NCBI GenBank assembly: GCA_017608025.1
Contig: JAFCGM010000001.1
Span: 78,885-142,884 of the forward strand
DNA length: 64,000 bases
Direction of reading: 5' to 3'
From: Candidatus Pacearchaeota archaeon
Lineage (GTDB): Archaea; Nanobdellota; Nanobdellia; UBA10117; JABICX01
Below, in pieces: positions 55,410-64,000 of this stretch. The notes beneath the pieces were generated by a model. That model was not told the origin of the DNA. It was given only the letters and a program-made list of their open reading frames with translations, and did not search any database. How positions within the stretch are numbered: position 1 is the first letter of the stretch; every line of letters starts with the position of its first letter. The translations under genes and the position numbers were made by a program.

Positions 55410-58013
55410 CTAGTCACTAAATGAAGTTAGCTTACTTTTGTCTGGTTCATTTCCTGTTTTTTCATTTTTGAATTTTGAGACAAAAGCTTTTTCTTCGCTA
55501 AAGGTTTTTCTGTCCTTCCATTCTTCCCTTTTTCCTTTGTTCCAACGCTGAACTGGCCTGAAATATCCAACAATTCTACTGTAAACTTCACATTCTTTTC
55601 CACAAGTAGGACATTCCCAGTGCTCTCCAGGTATGTATTTGTGTTCTTTGCATACACTGAATGTGGGTGTTATTGAAAAATAAGGGATTTTTGTGTTGTA
55701 AGCAATTTTCTTTATTAATGCCTTGCAAGATTCCCCTGATTTTAGCTTTTCTCCTACAAATGTGTGGAAAATTGTTCCTCCAGTGTAAAGAACCTGAAGG
55801 TCGTTTTGGTGTTCAAGAGCAGCTACAACATCGTCTGAAAAGTCAACTGGAAGCTGGCTCGAGTTTGTTAAATAAGGCTCTTCTGTTCCAGCAGTTATTA
55901 TATTTGGATAGTGCTTCTTGTCAAGTCTTGCTAATCTATATGAAGCACCTTCTGCTGGAGTTGCTTCTAAATTATAAAGGTTGTTTGTTTCCCTTTGGAA
56001 CTTAATCAAGACTTCTCTCATGAAATTCAAAGTTCTTATTGCAAGAGCTTTACCTTTTTCAGTTGTTATGTCCTCTTCAATTAAGTTTTTGCAAGCTTCA
56101 TTCATTCCAATAAGACCTATTGTTGAGAAATGGTTGTTAAAATGGCCAAGATATCTTTTTGCAAAAGGCATAAGTCCATTTTTCATGTTTTGATTAACAA
56201 TTCTTCTTTTTATTTCAAGAGATTCCTTTGCTAAATGCATATAATGCTCTATTTTCTCAAAAAATTCTGCTTCAGTTTTTGACTCATAAGCAAGCCGATT
56301 TAAATTTATAGTTACAACACCGATTGAACCAGTGTTGTCTCCCATTGCAAATGTGTGTCCTGGCCGATTTATCAGTTCAAGCATGTTCAGGTTGAGACGG
56401 CAGCACATTGCTCTAATTGATTTTGGGTCAAGGTCAGAGCCAATATAGTTCTGAAAATAAGGAATTCCATATTTTGCAGTAACTTCGAAAATTTTTTCTG
56501 CAACTTCTGAGTTCCAGTTAAAGTCTTTTGTTAAATTGTATGTTGGAATTGGAAAAGTGAATATTGCTCCAGAAGCATCACCTTCAACCATTACTTCAAG
56601 GAAAGCTTTGTTTATAATGTTCATTTCCTTTTGGCAGTCTCCATAGGTAAATTCCTGCTCTTTTCCACCAACAATAGCTTTTTCGTTTCTAAGGTCTTCT
56701 GGGCAAATCAAGTCAAAAGTAAAATTTGAAAAGGGATATTGCGAACCCCATCGAGATGGTATGTTTAAGGAGAATATCAGTTCTTGCATGCACTGCTTAA
56801 CTTCTTTGAATGTTAAGTTATCTATTTTTACAAAAGGAGCAAGGAAAGTGTCTACAGATGAAAATGCCTGAGCTCCAGCAAATTCCATTTGCAAGCAGCC
56901 AATGTAATTAACAATATGGTTTACCAGCGTTCTGAGATGCTTTGCTGGTTTTGAATTGACTTTGTTCGGAACTCCGCCAAAGCCCCATAAAATCAAGTTT
57001 TTAAGTGACCAGCCAGAGCAGTATCCAACAACACCCTCACCAAGGTCATGAATATGTATATACCCCTTTTTATGGGCATCTGAAACTGCCTGAGGGTAGA
57101 TTTCATTCAAAATGTAGTTTGAGATGATTGTACTTCCTGCATAATGCATAAGTCCTGAAAAAGAGTAGGCTTCATTTGCATTTTCCTTGACTTTCCAGTC
57201 TTTTTGATGAAGATAAGAGCCAATTGTATTTGATACATCTAAAAAAACAGAACGAGTTGTTGAAAGCTTTGTTTCCTGCTGCCTTTTCAAAATAAATGTT
57301 TTTGCAAGCTGGGGATGGTTGTTGTCTAGCAAGACTTTTTCAATTGCATCTTCAATTTCATTTGTTGTTACAATTGAAGCTTCTTTTAACTTGCTTTCAA
57401 GAAGAAAAATCACTTCTATAGTAAGTGCTTCTGCAAGCTCAAAATCCTCTTTTTCAATTTCTTGCTGGCAATGGAGAATTGTTTCCATTATTTTGTTTTT
57501 GTCAAACAATGAAACTTCGCTATTTTTTCTTTTTACTTGAGTTATTGAATTTCGTATTCTTGTTTTTGTTCTTTTTTTCAAAAGCTTGAGTTCTTTTTCA
57601 AATGAAGAATAATCTTCAAATCCACGATATATTGAAGCAAATCTTAAATATGCTACTGGATCTAGCATGCGGAGATTTTTCAGAACAATTTTTCCAATTT
57701 CTGATGAAGAAATTTCTTGTTTTTTACTGCTTAGGATTTCTTGTTCAATTTTATCTGTAAAAAACTCAATTTGGTTTTCATCTGCCCGTTTTTTGCAAGC
57801 CAGTTTTAAGCCATTTTTTATTTTTTCTCTTGAATATTCTTGTTTTGTTTTGTCTTTTTTTATTACATATATATTTGGCTTTTCTATTTTTTCATAAGTT
57901 GTGAATCTATGTCCGCAATTAAGACATTTTCTTCGTCGTCTAATGTCTTTTGTTGGTGATTCTCGAGTATCTAAAACTTTTATATTATCTGAAGCACAAG
58001 AAGGGCATCTCAT
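55410..58013 (-). CDS. nrdD: NrdR-NrdD fusion: NrdR (Zn ribbon plus ATP cone), second ATP cone, class III ribonucleoside-triphosphate reductase
   Basis: MRCPSC...RRRRKCLNC..RFTTYE...VAYLRFASIYR.F (NrdR, about aa 1-147); HIHDL, AMCCRL, EATPAEG, YTGGT, YSRIVGY glycyl-radical loop. Confidence 0.93.
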   Translation of the reverse strand: MRCPSCASDNIKVLDTRESPTKDIRRRRKCLNCGHRFTTYEKIEKPNIYVIKKDKTKQEYSREKIKNGLKLACKKRADENQIEFFTDKIEQEILSSKKQEISSSEIGKIVLKNLRMLDPVAYLRFASIYRGFEDYSSFEKELKLLKKRTKTRIRNSITQVKRKNSEVSLFDKNKIMETILHCQQEIEKEDFELAEALTIEVIFLLESKLKEASIVTTNEIEDAIEKVLLDNNHPQLAKTFILKRQQETKLSTTRSVFLDVSNTIGSYLHQKDWKVKENANEAYSFSGLMHYAGSTIISNYILNEIYPQAVSDAHKKGYIHIHDLGEGVVGYCSGWSLKNLILWGFGGVPNKVNSKPAKHLRTLVNHIVNYIGCLQMEFAGAQAFSSVDTFLAPFVKIDNLTFKEVKQCMQELIFSLNIPSRWGSQYPFSNFTFDLICPEDLRNEKAIVGGKEQEFTYGDCQKEMNIINKAFLEVMVEGDASGAIFTFPIPTYNLTKDFNWNSEVAEKIFEVTAKYGIPYFQNYIGSDLDPKSIRAMCCRLNLNMLELINRPGHTFAMGDNTGSIGVVTINLNRLAYESKTEAEFFEKIEHYMHLAKESLEIKRRIVNQNMKNGLMPFAKRYLGHFNNHFSTIGLIGMNEACKNLIEEDITTEKGKALAIRTLNFMREVLIKFQRETNNLYNLEATPAEGASYRLARLDKKHYPNIITAGTEEPYLTNSSQLPVDFSDDVVAALEHQNDLQVLYTGGTIFHTFVGEKLKSGESCKALIKKIAYNTKIPYFSITPTFSVCKEHKYIPGEHWECPTCGKECEVYSRIVGYFRPVQRWNKGKREEWKDRKTFSEEKAFVSKFKNEKTGNEPDKSKLTSFSD

Positions 58014-58022
58014 TTTAAACTA

Positions 58023-58070
58023 TTTCCATATTTTGTGTTTTTGTTTTTTTCAAAACACAATATTTAGTAT
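58023..58070. promoter_or_regulatory. Tandem NrdR-box-like palindromes
   Basis: TTTCCATATTTTGTGT (58023-58038) and ACACAATATTTAGTAT (58055-58070), 32 bp apart; consensus acaCwAtATaTwGtgt. Confidence 0.75.
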
Positions 58071-58143
58071 ATATATAATTAGAAGTATATAATAATATTG
58101 TGACACTTATGTAAAAGTAATAGTTATTAATTACTGTAACAAA

Positions 58144-58159
58144 ATACTAAATATAGTAT
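58144..58159. promoter_or_regulatory. Third NrdR-box-like palindrome
   Basis: ATACTAAATATAGTAT; the AT-rich context lowers confidence. Confidence 0.45.
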
Positions 58160-58188
58160 ATAAATATATTAACAATAACTAATTATAG

Positions 58189-58392
58189 TTATTTTATTTT
58201 GTTTTTAATTTCTTTTATTATTTCATCAATTGCTTTGTCATTTAGTCCATGAGCTTTGCATCCTTGCTCAATTGTTTCAAACTGTGCCATTACACATCCT
58301 ATGCATCCAAAACCTTTTTTCGAAAAAATTTCAGCTATTTCTGGGTTCTCTGAAACTACGTCTTTTATATTTGTTTTTCTTGTTATTTTCAT
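58189..58392 (-). CDS. DUF1858-domain protein
   Basis: IT..T.I.DVV...PE.AEIF...GFGCIGC.MAQFETIEQG..AHG. Confidence 0.88.
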   Translation of the reverse strand: MKITRKTNIKDVVSENPEIAEIFSKKGFGCIGCVMAQFETIEQGCKAHGLNDKAIDEIIKEIKNKIK

Positions 58393-58464
58393 GATTTTAT
58401 TTTTTGTTTTTAGTTTATAATATTATAGGATAGGTTTTTATTTTTTAAATGCTTATTTTTTCTT

Positions 58465-58839
58465 ATGAGTAGATTAACAAATTTCTTGAAAACAGAGGAA
58501 GTCCAAGGATTTTTCAAATGGCTTCCAAGAATTTTGGCAATACTTTTTATTTTATTCATACAAATGTTTGCTTTAGATGTTTTTGGTCAAGGATATGGAT
58601 TTTGGGGGACTGTTATTGCCTTTACAATCCACACAATTCCGTCTGCAGTTTTGCTTGTAATGCTTATAGTTTCATGGAAATTTGATATTGTTGGGGGATG
58701 GATTCATATAATTGTCTCGCTCATTTTTATGGCATTTTTCTGTTCAGTTCTTTTGGGACTTCCCTTAGCATTAATCGGCCTTTTGTTTTTGTTTTATGAG
58801 TATGTTATAAAGAAATATGAAAAAAAGAAATTAGACTAA
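58465..58839 (+). CDS. Small four-TM membrane protein
   Basis: WLPRILAILF..F..MFALDVF...H.IPS; hydrophobic. Confidence 0.75.
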   Translation: MSRLTNFLKTEEVQGFFKWLPRILAILFILFIQMFALDVFGQGYGFWGTVIAFTIHTIPSAVLLVMLIVSWKFDIVGGWIHIIVSLIFMAFFCSVLLGLPLALIGLLFLFYEYVIKKYEKKKLD

Positions 58840-58841
58840 TT

Positions 58842-59030
58842 TTACTTTTTAAGATGAATGCAGTTTACTGGGCAAGCTTCTTCTGCTTGCTTGTTGCAAC
58901 TTTCTTCTTTTGGATGAGTGTTTTTGCATTTTGATTTTCCATCATTAGCCATTTCCCAGTTTGAAGGGCAGATTGCTGCGCAAGCTCCGCATCCAATGCA
59001 TTTGCTTCTCTCATGAATTATTTCTACCAT
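58842..59030 (-). CDS. Monocluster ferredoxin
   Basis: CIGCGACAAICP...AEEACPVNCI. Confidence 0.92.
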   Translation of the reverse strand: MVEIIHERSKCIGCGACAAICPSNWEMANDGKSKCKNTHPKEESCNKQAEEACPVNCIHLKK

Positions 59031-59065
59031 AAAGAAAATAAAAAAAGGATATATAAAAGAGTTGC

Positions 59066-59299
59066 TTAAATTCCAATTAAGTGCTTTAGCTTTTCCTCGT
59101 CAAAGCCAATTACAAAGTTTTCGCCTTTTTCTGTTACTGGAACTTTCATCTGCCCGGTTTTTTTAACCATTTCAATTGCTTTTTGCCTATCTTCAGCAAC
59201 ATTTATTTCTTCAAATTCAATTTCATGCTCTTTCAGAAAATTCTTCACTTTTTCGCAATAAGGGCATGCTGGTGTTGAATAAACTTTAATTTCTGCCAT
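59066..59299 (-). CDS. Glutaredoxin/NrdH-like redoxin
   Basis: YSTPACPYC, GQM.VPV, IGFDE. Confidence 0.92.
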   Translation of the reverse strand: MAEIKVYSTPACPYCEKVKNFLKEHEIEFEEINVAEDRQKAIEMVKKTGQMKVPVTEKGENFVIGFDEEKLKHLIGI

Positions 59300-59316
59300 G
59301 AAAGTGAAAACCTGTT

Positions 59317-60576
59317 TTAGTTATTAAGATTTTCTAGTATTATGTCAACAGCTTCATTAAGGTTTTCTGCTGTAAAATCTGGTTTTATATCTATTTCAGT
59401 GCTTCCTCCTTTTCCGTTTTCTCCGGTTTTGACAAGAATTGTTCTTGCCCCAACCATTTGTCCAGCTTTGATGTCGCTTCTTTTGTCTCCAACCATCCAG
59501 GATTTTTTGAAGTTTATTGGAAAATCTTCTGCAGCTTGAAGAAGCATTCCAGGTTTTGGCTTTCTACAGTAGCAGAATTTTTTGTATTTTCCTTTTCCTT
59601 TATAGGGATGGTGAAAGCAATGATATGCTCTGTCAATTTTTCCTCCAATTTCTCGGAGATAGTTGATATATTTGTAATGGAAAATTCTGAATTCATCTTC
59701 TGTGCAAATTCCTCTTCCAACAACAGGAGCATTGCTTACAATTATTGTTCTTTTGTTTGCTTTTGCAAGTTTTCTTAGTGCTTCCTTTACTTTAGGATAA
59801 AGTTCAAAGTCCTTAAATTTGTGTGTAAATCCCTTGTCTTTATTTATTACTCCGTCTCTGTCAAGAAAAATCGCACCCTCTGCGTTCATGTATTTTTCAG
59901 TTTTTAAGAGTCTTTCAAATGTTCCAATGTCGCGAGTATATTCTTCTGAAACATAACCATGAACAAATTTATCTGAATTAATTAATTTAGGATACAAATA
60001 AGTTTCAAATGTAAAAACATCTTCTTTCATATAATCAAAAACTTCTGGCTCCATTATTGCAAGACCTGCATTTCCCATCTCACCTGCGCCAGTATGGTCG
60101 TCATGCTTGCTTATAAATTTCACAACTTCTTCATTATCATTTATTTGAAGAATGTCGGAATCCTGTGGGTGGTTGGACTTGTGGAGCAAAACAGACATAA
60201 TTGCGTTTTTGTTTTTATGGCTTTGAATCATTTTTTTAAGATTAACTTCAGTGTAAAGGTCTCCAGAAATATAAGCAAAAGTTCCATTTACAAACTTTCG
60301 AGCGTTTTTAATTGCTCCTCCGCTTCCAAGAGGCATGTCTTCATTTGAATATTCAATTTTAATTCCAAATTTTGAGCCATCTCCAAAATGGTTTTTAATT
60401 TTGTCTGCCAGATGGCCAGTTAGAAATACAACTTCAGTAATTCCGCTTTCTTTTGCCCATTCAACCAAATGCTCAAGAACTGGTTTTCCATTTAATTTTA
60501 CCAGTGGTTTTGGAATATTTTTAGTTAAAGGCATGAGTCTTTTGCCTTTTCCGCCTACATTAATCATTAGTTTCAT
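59317..60576 (-). CDS. Sugar-phosphate nucleotidyltransferase fused to a GmhB/HisB-like HAD-IIIA phosphatase
   Basis: GGKGKRL.PLT..IPKPL N-domain; FLDRDGVIN, CFHHP...CYCRKPKPGM, MVGDKRSD C-domain. Confidence 0.9.
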   Translation of the reverse strand: MKLMINVGGKGKRLMPLTKNIPKPLVKLNGKPVLEHLVEWAKESGITEVVFLTGHLADKIKNHFGDGSKFGIKIEYSNEDMPLGSGGAIKNARKFVNGTFAYISGDLYTEVNLKKMIQSHKNKNAIMSVLLHKSNHPQDSDILQINDNEEVVKFISKHDDHTGAGEMGNAGLAIMEPEVFDYMKEDVFTFETYLYPKLINSDKFVHGYVSEEYTRDIGTFERLLKTEKYMNAEGAIFLDRDGVINKDKGFTHKFKDFELYPKVKEALRKLAKANKRTIIVSNAPVVGRGICTEDEFRIFHYKYINYLREIGGKIDRAYHCFHHPYKGKGKYKKFCYCRKPKPGMLLQAAEDFPINFKKSWMVGDKRSDIKAGQMVGARTILVKTGENGKGGSTEIDIKPDFTAENLNEAVDIILENLNN

Positions 60577-60622
60577 GATTTTTTTATCAAAAAAGAGCTT
60601 ATAAGTGTTTTTATATAGAAAT

Positions 60623-61963
60623 TTACAATGCTTTTTTGATTTTAGAATTTATGCCAAACATTTCCCTTGCTTCCTCAGAGAGTGCGAAGAGGTTTTTTCT
60701 CTTGAATTTTAGTTTTTTAACTTTCTGAACTTTTTGGGTTGCGCAGACCATTTGAATTTCCTGCTCAAGAGCTTGAATATATTTTTCTATACCTTCTTTT
60801 CCTGTTATTTTTATTTTGCTTTCAATTACTGGGCAGTGCTTTTGGCAGTTTGCGGCGATTAGGAAGCTTCTGCCCATTGCAACTCCAGATGCTCCGAGCA
60901 TTATTGCCTTTGAAATATCAACTCCGTCAGTATATCCGCCAGCAAGTATTATGTCAAAAGGATATTTCTTTTTTATGCAAAGAACTGATGCTGATGGCAG
61001 GGAAGTTTCATTCATAATTAGCCAAGGACTCATTCCAGTTCCTCCTCCATGGCCGTCAATTGTAACTGCTTTGACTGGGAAGTGATATTTTTTAACAAGT
61101 TTTTTTACAAGAGTTAGGAATCTTATAATTCCAGAGCCTACTGCTATTTTTATCCAAATAGGCAGACCTGCTTTTTCTGCCTCAAGAAGCAATTGCTTTA
61201 CTTTTTCTGAACTGATTTCGCAAACAGGAGTGTGTCTTTGAAAAGTTCCATCAGGATTTTCAACTATATGATAACCAAGAGCTTTGTATTTCCTAGCTTC
61301 GGTTCTGCTTTTGAACTTGATTTCACCGCCAAGATTCAGCTTTGCACCTTGCCCAAGTTTTATTTCAATTCCATGAGCTTTGAATTTTTTAGCTAACTGG
61401 AATATTCCAGATTTTATTTCAATTGCATTTCCCTGAACAAGAACTGCTCCATGCTTTCCATTGAATTCACTTAAGTAAAAATCAATTCTTTTTTTTAAGC
61501 CTTTTTCACCAAAAGTTGAGAGAACATTTTCACCAATAACTAAAGGAATTCCTGCTTTTGCAGCCCCTTTTACAAGCTCCTCAGCGTGGTCTGAAGCAAC
61601 TTTTGTAGAGCCCATAGCTGCAACGCAGACAGGTATTCTTGATTTGAATCCACCTATTTTGGATTCAGTTTCAACTTCATGGAAATTCACTGCTTTTCCA
61701 AAAATTTCTGGCAAAATCTGAATGTCATCTAGATTTGGAAGGATTTTTTCTGCTCCGAATTGAGAAGTTCCAAAAGGTTCTGGAAACATTGTCTGTCCAG
61801 TTCTTGACTTTTTTCCGATTTCACAGAGACCGTCTTTTATGCAGACTGCGCAGATTCCTCCTGCTGAGCTTTGGTGCTCTGGATTAGTAAGACTGGTTCT
61901 AGTTACCTTGCTAGCATTTTTGTGTCTTCTTGCGCCGTCTTTTGAACCCCACATATTTTCCAT
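60623..61963 (-). CDS. Stand-alone FMN-binding glutamate-synthase-family protein
   Basis: AMGS, GEN, IEIKLGQGAK..GGE, IDG.GGGTGMSP, AGG, K..MLGA...MGR; N-terminal CxxCxxxxxC. Confidence 0.85.
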   Translation of the reverse strand: MENMWGSKDGARRHKNASKVTRTSLTNPEHQSSAGGICAVCIKDGLCEIGKKSRTGQTMFPEPFGTSQFGAEKILPNLDDIQILPEIFGKAVNFHEVETESKIGGFKSRIPVCVAAMGSTKVASDHAEELVKGAAKAGIPLVIGENVLSTFGEKGLKKRIDFYLSEFNGKHGAVLVQGNAIEIKSGIFQLAKKFKAHGIEIKLGQGAKLNLGGEIKFKSRTEARKYKALGYHIVENPDGTFQRHTPVCEISSEKVKQLLLEAEKAGLPIWIKIAVGSGIIRFLTLVKKLVKKYHFPVKAVTIDGHGGGTGMSPWLIMNETSLPSASVLCIKKKYPFDIILAGGYTDGVDISKAIMLGASGVAMGRSFLIAANCQKHCPVIESKIKITGKEGIEKYIQALEQEIQMVCATQKVQKVKKLKFKRKNLFALSEEAREMFGINSKIKKAL

Positions 61964-61964
61964 T

Positions 61965-62903
61965 TCAGTAGAATTCTGTTGTCCAGATTCCTCCTTTTTT
62001 TATTTTTTCCCACTCAGTGTTTATTATTTTTTGAATTTCTTTAATTTGCTTTGAATCAAGATGCTGAAATCTTTTTTGATTTTTCATAGCTTCTTTTACA
62101 GGAATCATTTTAGGTTTGTGAGTTAGGATGAATTCTCCTTTTTTATTGATTTCATACAAAGGCCACATTCCAGATTCAACTAGTTTTTCTCCAATTCTGC
62201 TTCCTTGACTTTCTTCAATTCCCCAGCCAGGTATGCACGGGCACAGAAGATCTATAAAAGCAGGACCTCCTGATTTTGCTGCCCGACGAAGCTTGTTTAT
62301 GTAGTCAACGGGATGCGAAGTTGAGGCTGTTGCAGAGTAAGCAGCTCCATTTATGTGCATCATCTTTACTATATTTTTTCTTTTGAATATGTTTCCAATT
62401 TCTGACTTTTTTCCTGGCGGAGTAGTTGTTGTATTAGCTCCATAAGGTGTGGCAGCAGATTTTTGAAATCCAGTGTTTCCGAAAGTTCCATTGTTATAAC
62501 AGATGTAAATTATTTTTTCGTTTCTTGAAACCATTCCAGAAAGTGCTTGGAGTCCGATATCATAGGTTGCACCGTCCCCAGCATAAACAACAATATTTGT
62601 GTTTTTGTCTTTTTTCAGGGCTTTGAGACCCATTAATATTCCTGATGCAGTTGATGCTCCATTTTCAATTGCATTGTGCACCCAGGGAACTTTGTAAGGC
62701 GTGAAAGGATAGATTGCAGTAAGAGTCATGCATCCAGAAGTATTAACCATTATTGTGTTTTTTCCAAGAGCTTTTAGCGTGAGACGCGTGCCATAGATTG
62801 CATTGCAGCCTCCACAGGCAAAAGTTCCTCCAGTGACTAACTCTTCTTCTGGAATTTCCTTAATTGTTTTGATTTCTTTCAAATTATTTTTTACATTACC
62901 CAT
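61965..62903 (-). CDS. porB: Pyruvate/2-oxoacid:ferredoxin oxidoreductase beta subunit
   Basis: ACGGC, TSGC, GDGATYDIG...YNN...NTG.Q.S TPP motif, PCIPGW. Confidence 0.92.
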   Translation of the reverse strand: MGNVKNNLKEIKTIKEIPEEELVTGGTFACGGCNAIYGTRLTLKALGKNTIMVNTSGCMTLTAIYPFTPYKVPWVHNAIENGASTASGILMGLKALKKDKNTNIVVYAGDGATYDIGLQALSGMVSRNEKIIYICYNNGTFGNTGFQKSAATPYGANTTTTPPGKKSEIGNIFKRKNIVKMMHINGAAYSATASTSHPVDYINKLRRAAKSGGPAFIDLLCPCIPGWGIEESQGSRIGEKLVESGMWPLYEINKKGEFILTHKPKMIPVKEAMKNQKRFQHLDSKQIKEIQKIINTEWEKIKKGGIWTTEFY

Positions 62904-64000
62904 TTTCTCATTTCTTTTTTTTCTCGAAGCAAGGTTTTGAAGATTTCTTCAAAATCTTTTTCAGACACAGGTTTTCCGCCAAGACCGCCGATAAATGAGG
63001 AGACATTTTTGTTTTTTTTAAGACAAGCCTTAACTTCTGAATAAAGAATTCCTCCAAGTCCAGGCGACAGATTTTGGTCAAACACTCCGATTTCATTAAC
63101 ATGCCCCAGAGCAGACCTGATTTCGTCACTTGGAAACGGTCGAATTAACCTTAATCTTACTATTCCGACATTTATTCCTTTGCTTTTTAGATTGTCAACT
63201 GCAGATTTTGCAATTGTTGAATAAGAGCCCATTATAACCAATGCTGCCTTGGCATTTTTCATTCCATACTCTTCAACAACATAGTATCTTCTTTTGAATT
63301 TGTCCTTCCATTTTTTCTGAACATTTTTTATAACATTAATTGCTTCAAGGTGGGCTGAGTGAAGCTGAGAGCGATATTTTATATATTCCTCTTCAAGAAC
63401 TGCCCCACCTAGAGTCATGGGCTTTTTGACATCGAGGCGGTTTTTTTGCTTTGTTTTCATAAGGAATTTTGAAACCTTTTTCTGGTCTGGAATTTCAACT
63501 TCAGTTCTTGTGTAAGAATGAATAAAGCCATCCATATTAATTAGAACAGGAAGCATAACTTTTTTGTTTTCAGCTATTTTGTAAGCCATTATTATTGTGT
63601 CAAGAACTTCTTGATTTGTTTCGCAGCAAAACATAATCCATCCAGCATCACGCATGGCAAGAAAATCATTGTGGTCTGGCCAGAGAGTTATTGGTGCTGA
63701 CAATGCACGAGATACATTAACCATTACAAGAGGCATTCTTGTTCCTGAAATAATTGGAAGAATTTCATGCATTAGCATAATTCCTTGAGAAGAAGTTGCT
63801 GTGAATGTTCTTGCTCCAGTCATCTGGGAGCCCAGAGCTGCTGAAATGACTGAATGCTCTGACTCAAGTTCATTGAAGACAAGGTTCTTGAGTTTTCCAT
63901 CTGCTTTCCATTTTGCTATTGTTTCAATTATTTCTGTTTGAGGAGTAATTGGAAAGCAAGGAAATGACTGCACATTAGCAAGTTTTACTGCCCATGCTGC
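62891..64000 (-). CDS. porA: Pyruvate/2-oxoacid:ferredoxin oxidoreductase alpha subunit (5' end beyond the window)
   Basis: FPITPQT, ESEHS, GARTFTATSSQG, IRPFP, GGLGG. Confidence 0.92.
   Translation of the reverse strand, partial: AAWAVKLANVQSFPCFPITPQTEIIETIAKWKADGKLKNLVFNELESEHSVISAALGSQMTGARTFTATSSQGIMLMHEILPIISGTRMPLVMVNVSRALSAPITLWPDHNDFLAMRDAGWIMFCCETNQEVLDTIIMAYKIAENKKVMLPVLINMDGFIHSYTRTEVEIPDQKKVSKFLMKTKQKNRLDVKKPMTLGGAVLEEEYIKYRSQLHSAHLEAINVIKNVQKKWKDKFKRRYYVVEEYGMKNAKAALVIMGSYSTIAKSAVDNLKSKGINVGIVRLRLIRPFPSDEIRSALGHVNEIGVFDQNLSPGLGGILYSEVKACLKKNKNVSSFIGGLGGKPVSEKDFEEIFKTLLREKKEMRKWVM

Noticed and set aside
58088-58103. Fourth NrdR box
   Set aside because: Only the right half matches, in extremely AT-rich sequence.
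580-63129. Many 60-160 aa ORFs antisense to or nested in recognised genes
   Set aside because: Shadow frames of AT-rich coding sequence with no motifs.

Overview
AT-rich archaeal chromosome segment, most consistent with a DPANN (Nanoarchaeota/Woese-Pace-like) genome. The evidence is a fused PriS-PriL primase, GINS-rpl44e-rps27e-aIF2alpha-PAC2, pelota, EndoQ, exosome/proteasome/RNase P genes, five aminoacyl-tRNA synthetases, tRNA-His, an intron-containing tRNA-Arg, and several large surface proteins. Family calls come from motif recognition by eye, not database searches. Two things stand out. (1) A full-length NrdR repressor is fused in frame to a class III ribonucleotide reductase (NrdD), with tandem NrdR-box-like palindromes 32 bp apart directly upstream, suggesting a self-repressing enzyme. 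(2) The intergenic DNA holds a layered system of very small structured elements. There are REP-like host hairpins, one inside the tRNA-Arg intron. A 32-43 bp CT-bounded two-hairpin module (CT-stem-AGGC-stem-TTCT; 7 copies with covarying stems) is nested in them, with matching empty sites. Several inserts are flanked by duplicated gene 3' ends whose differences are mostly synonymous or conservative. No transposase, integrase, reverse transcriptase, CRISPR array or rRNA is visible in the window.
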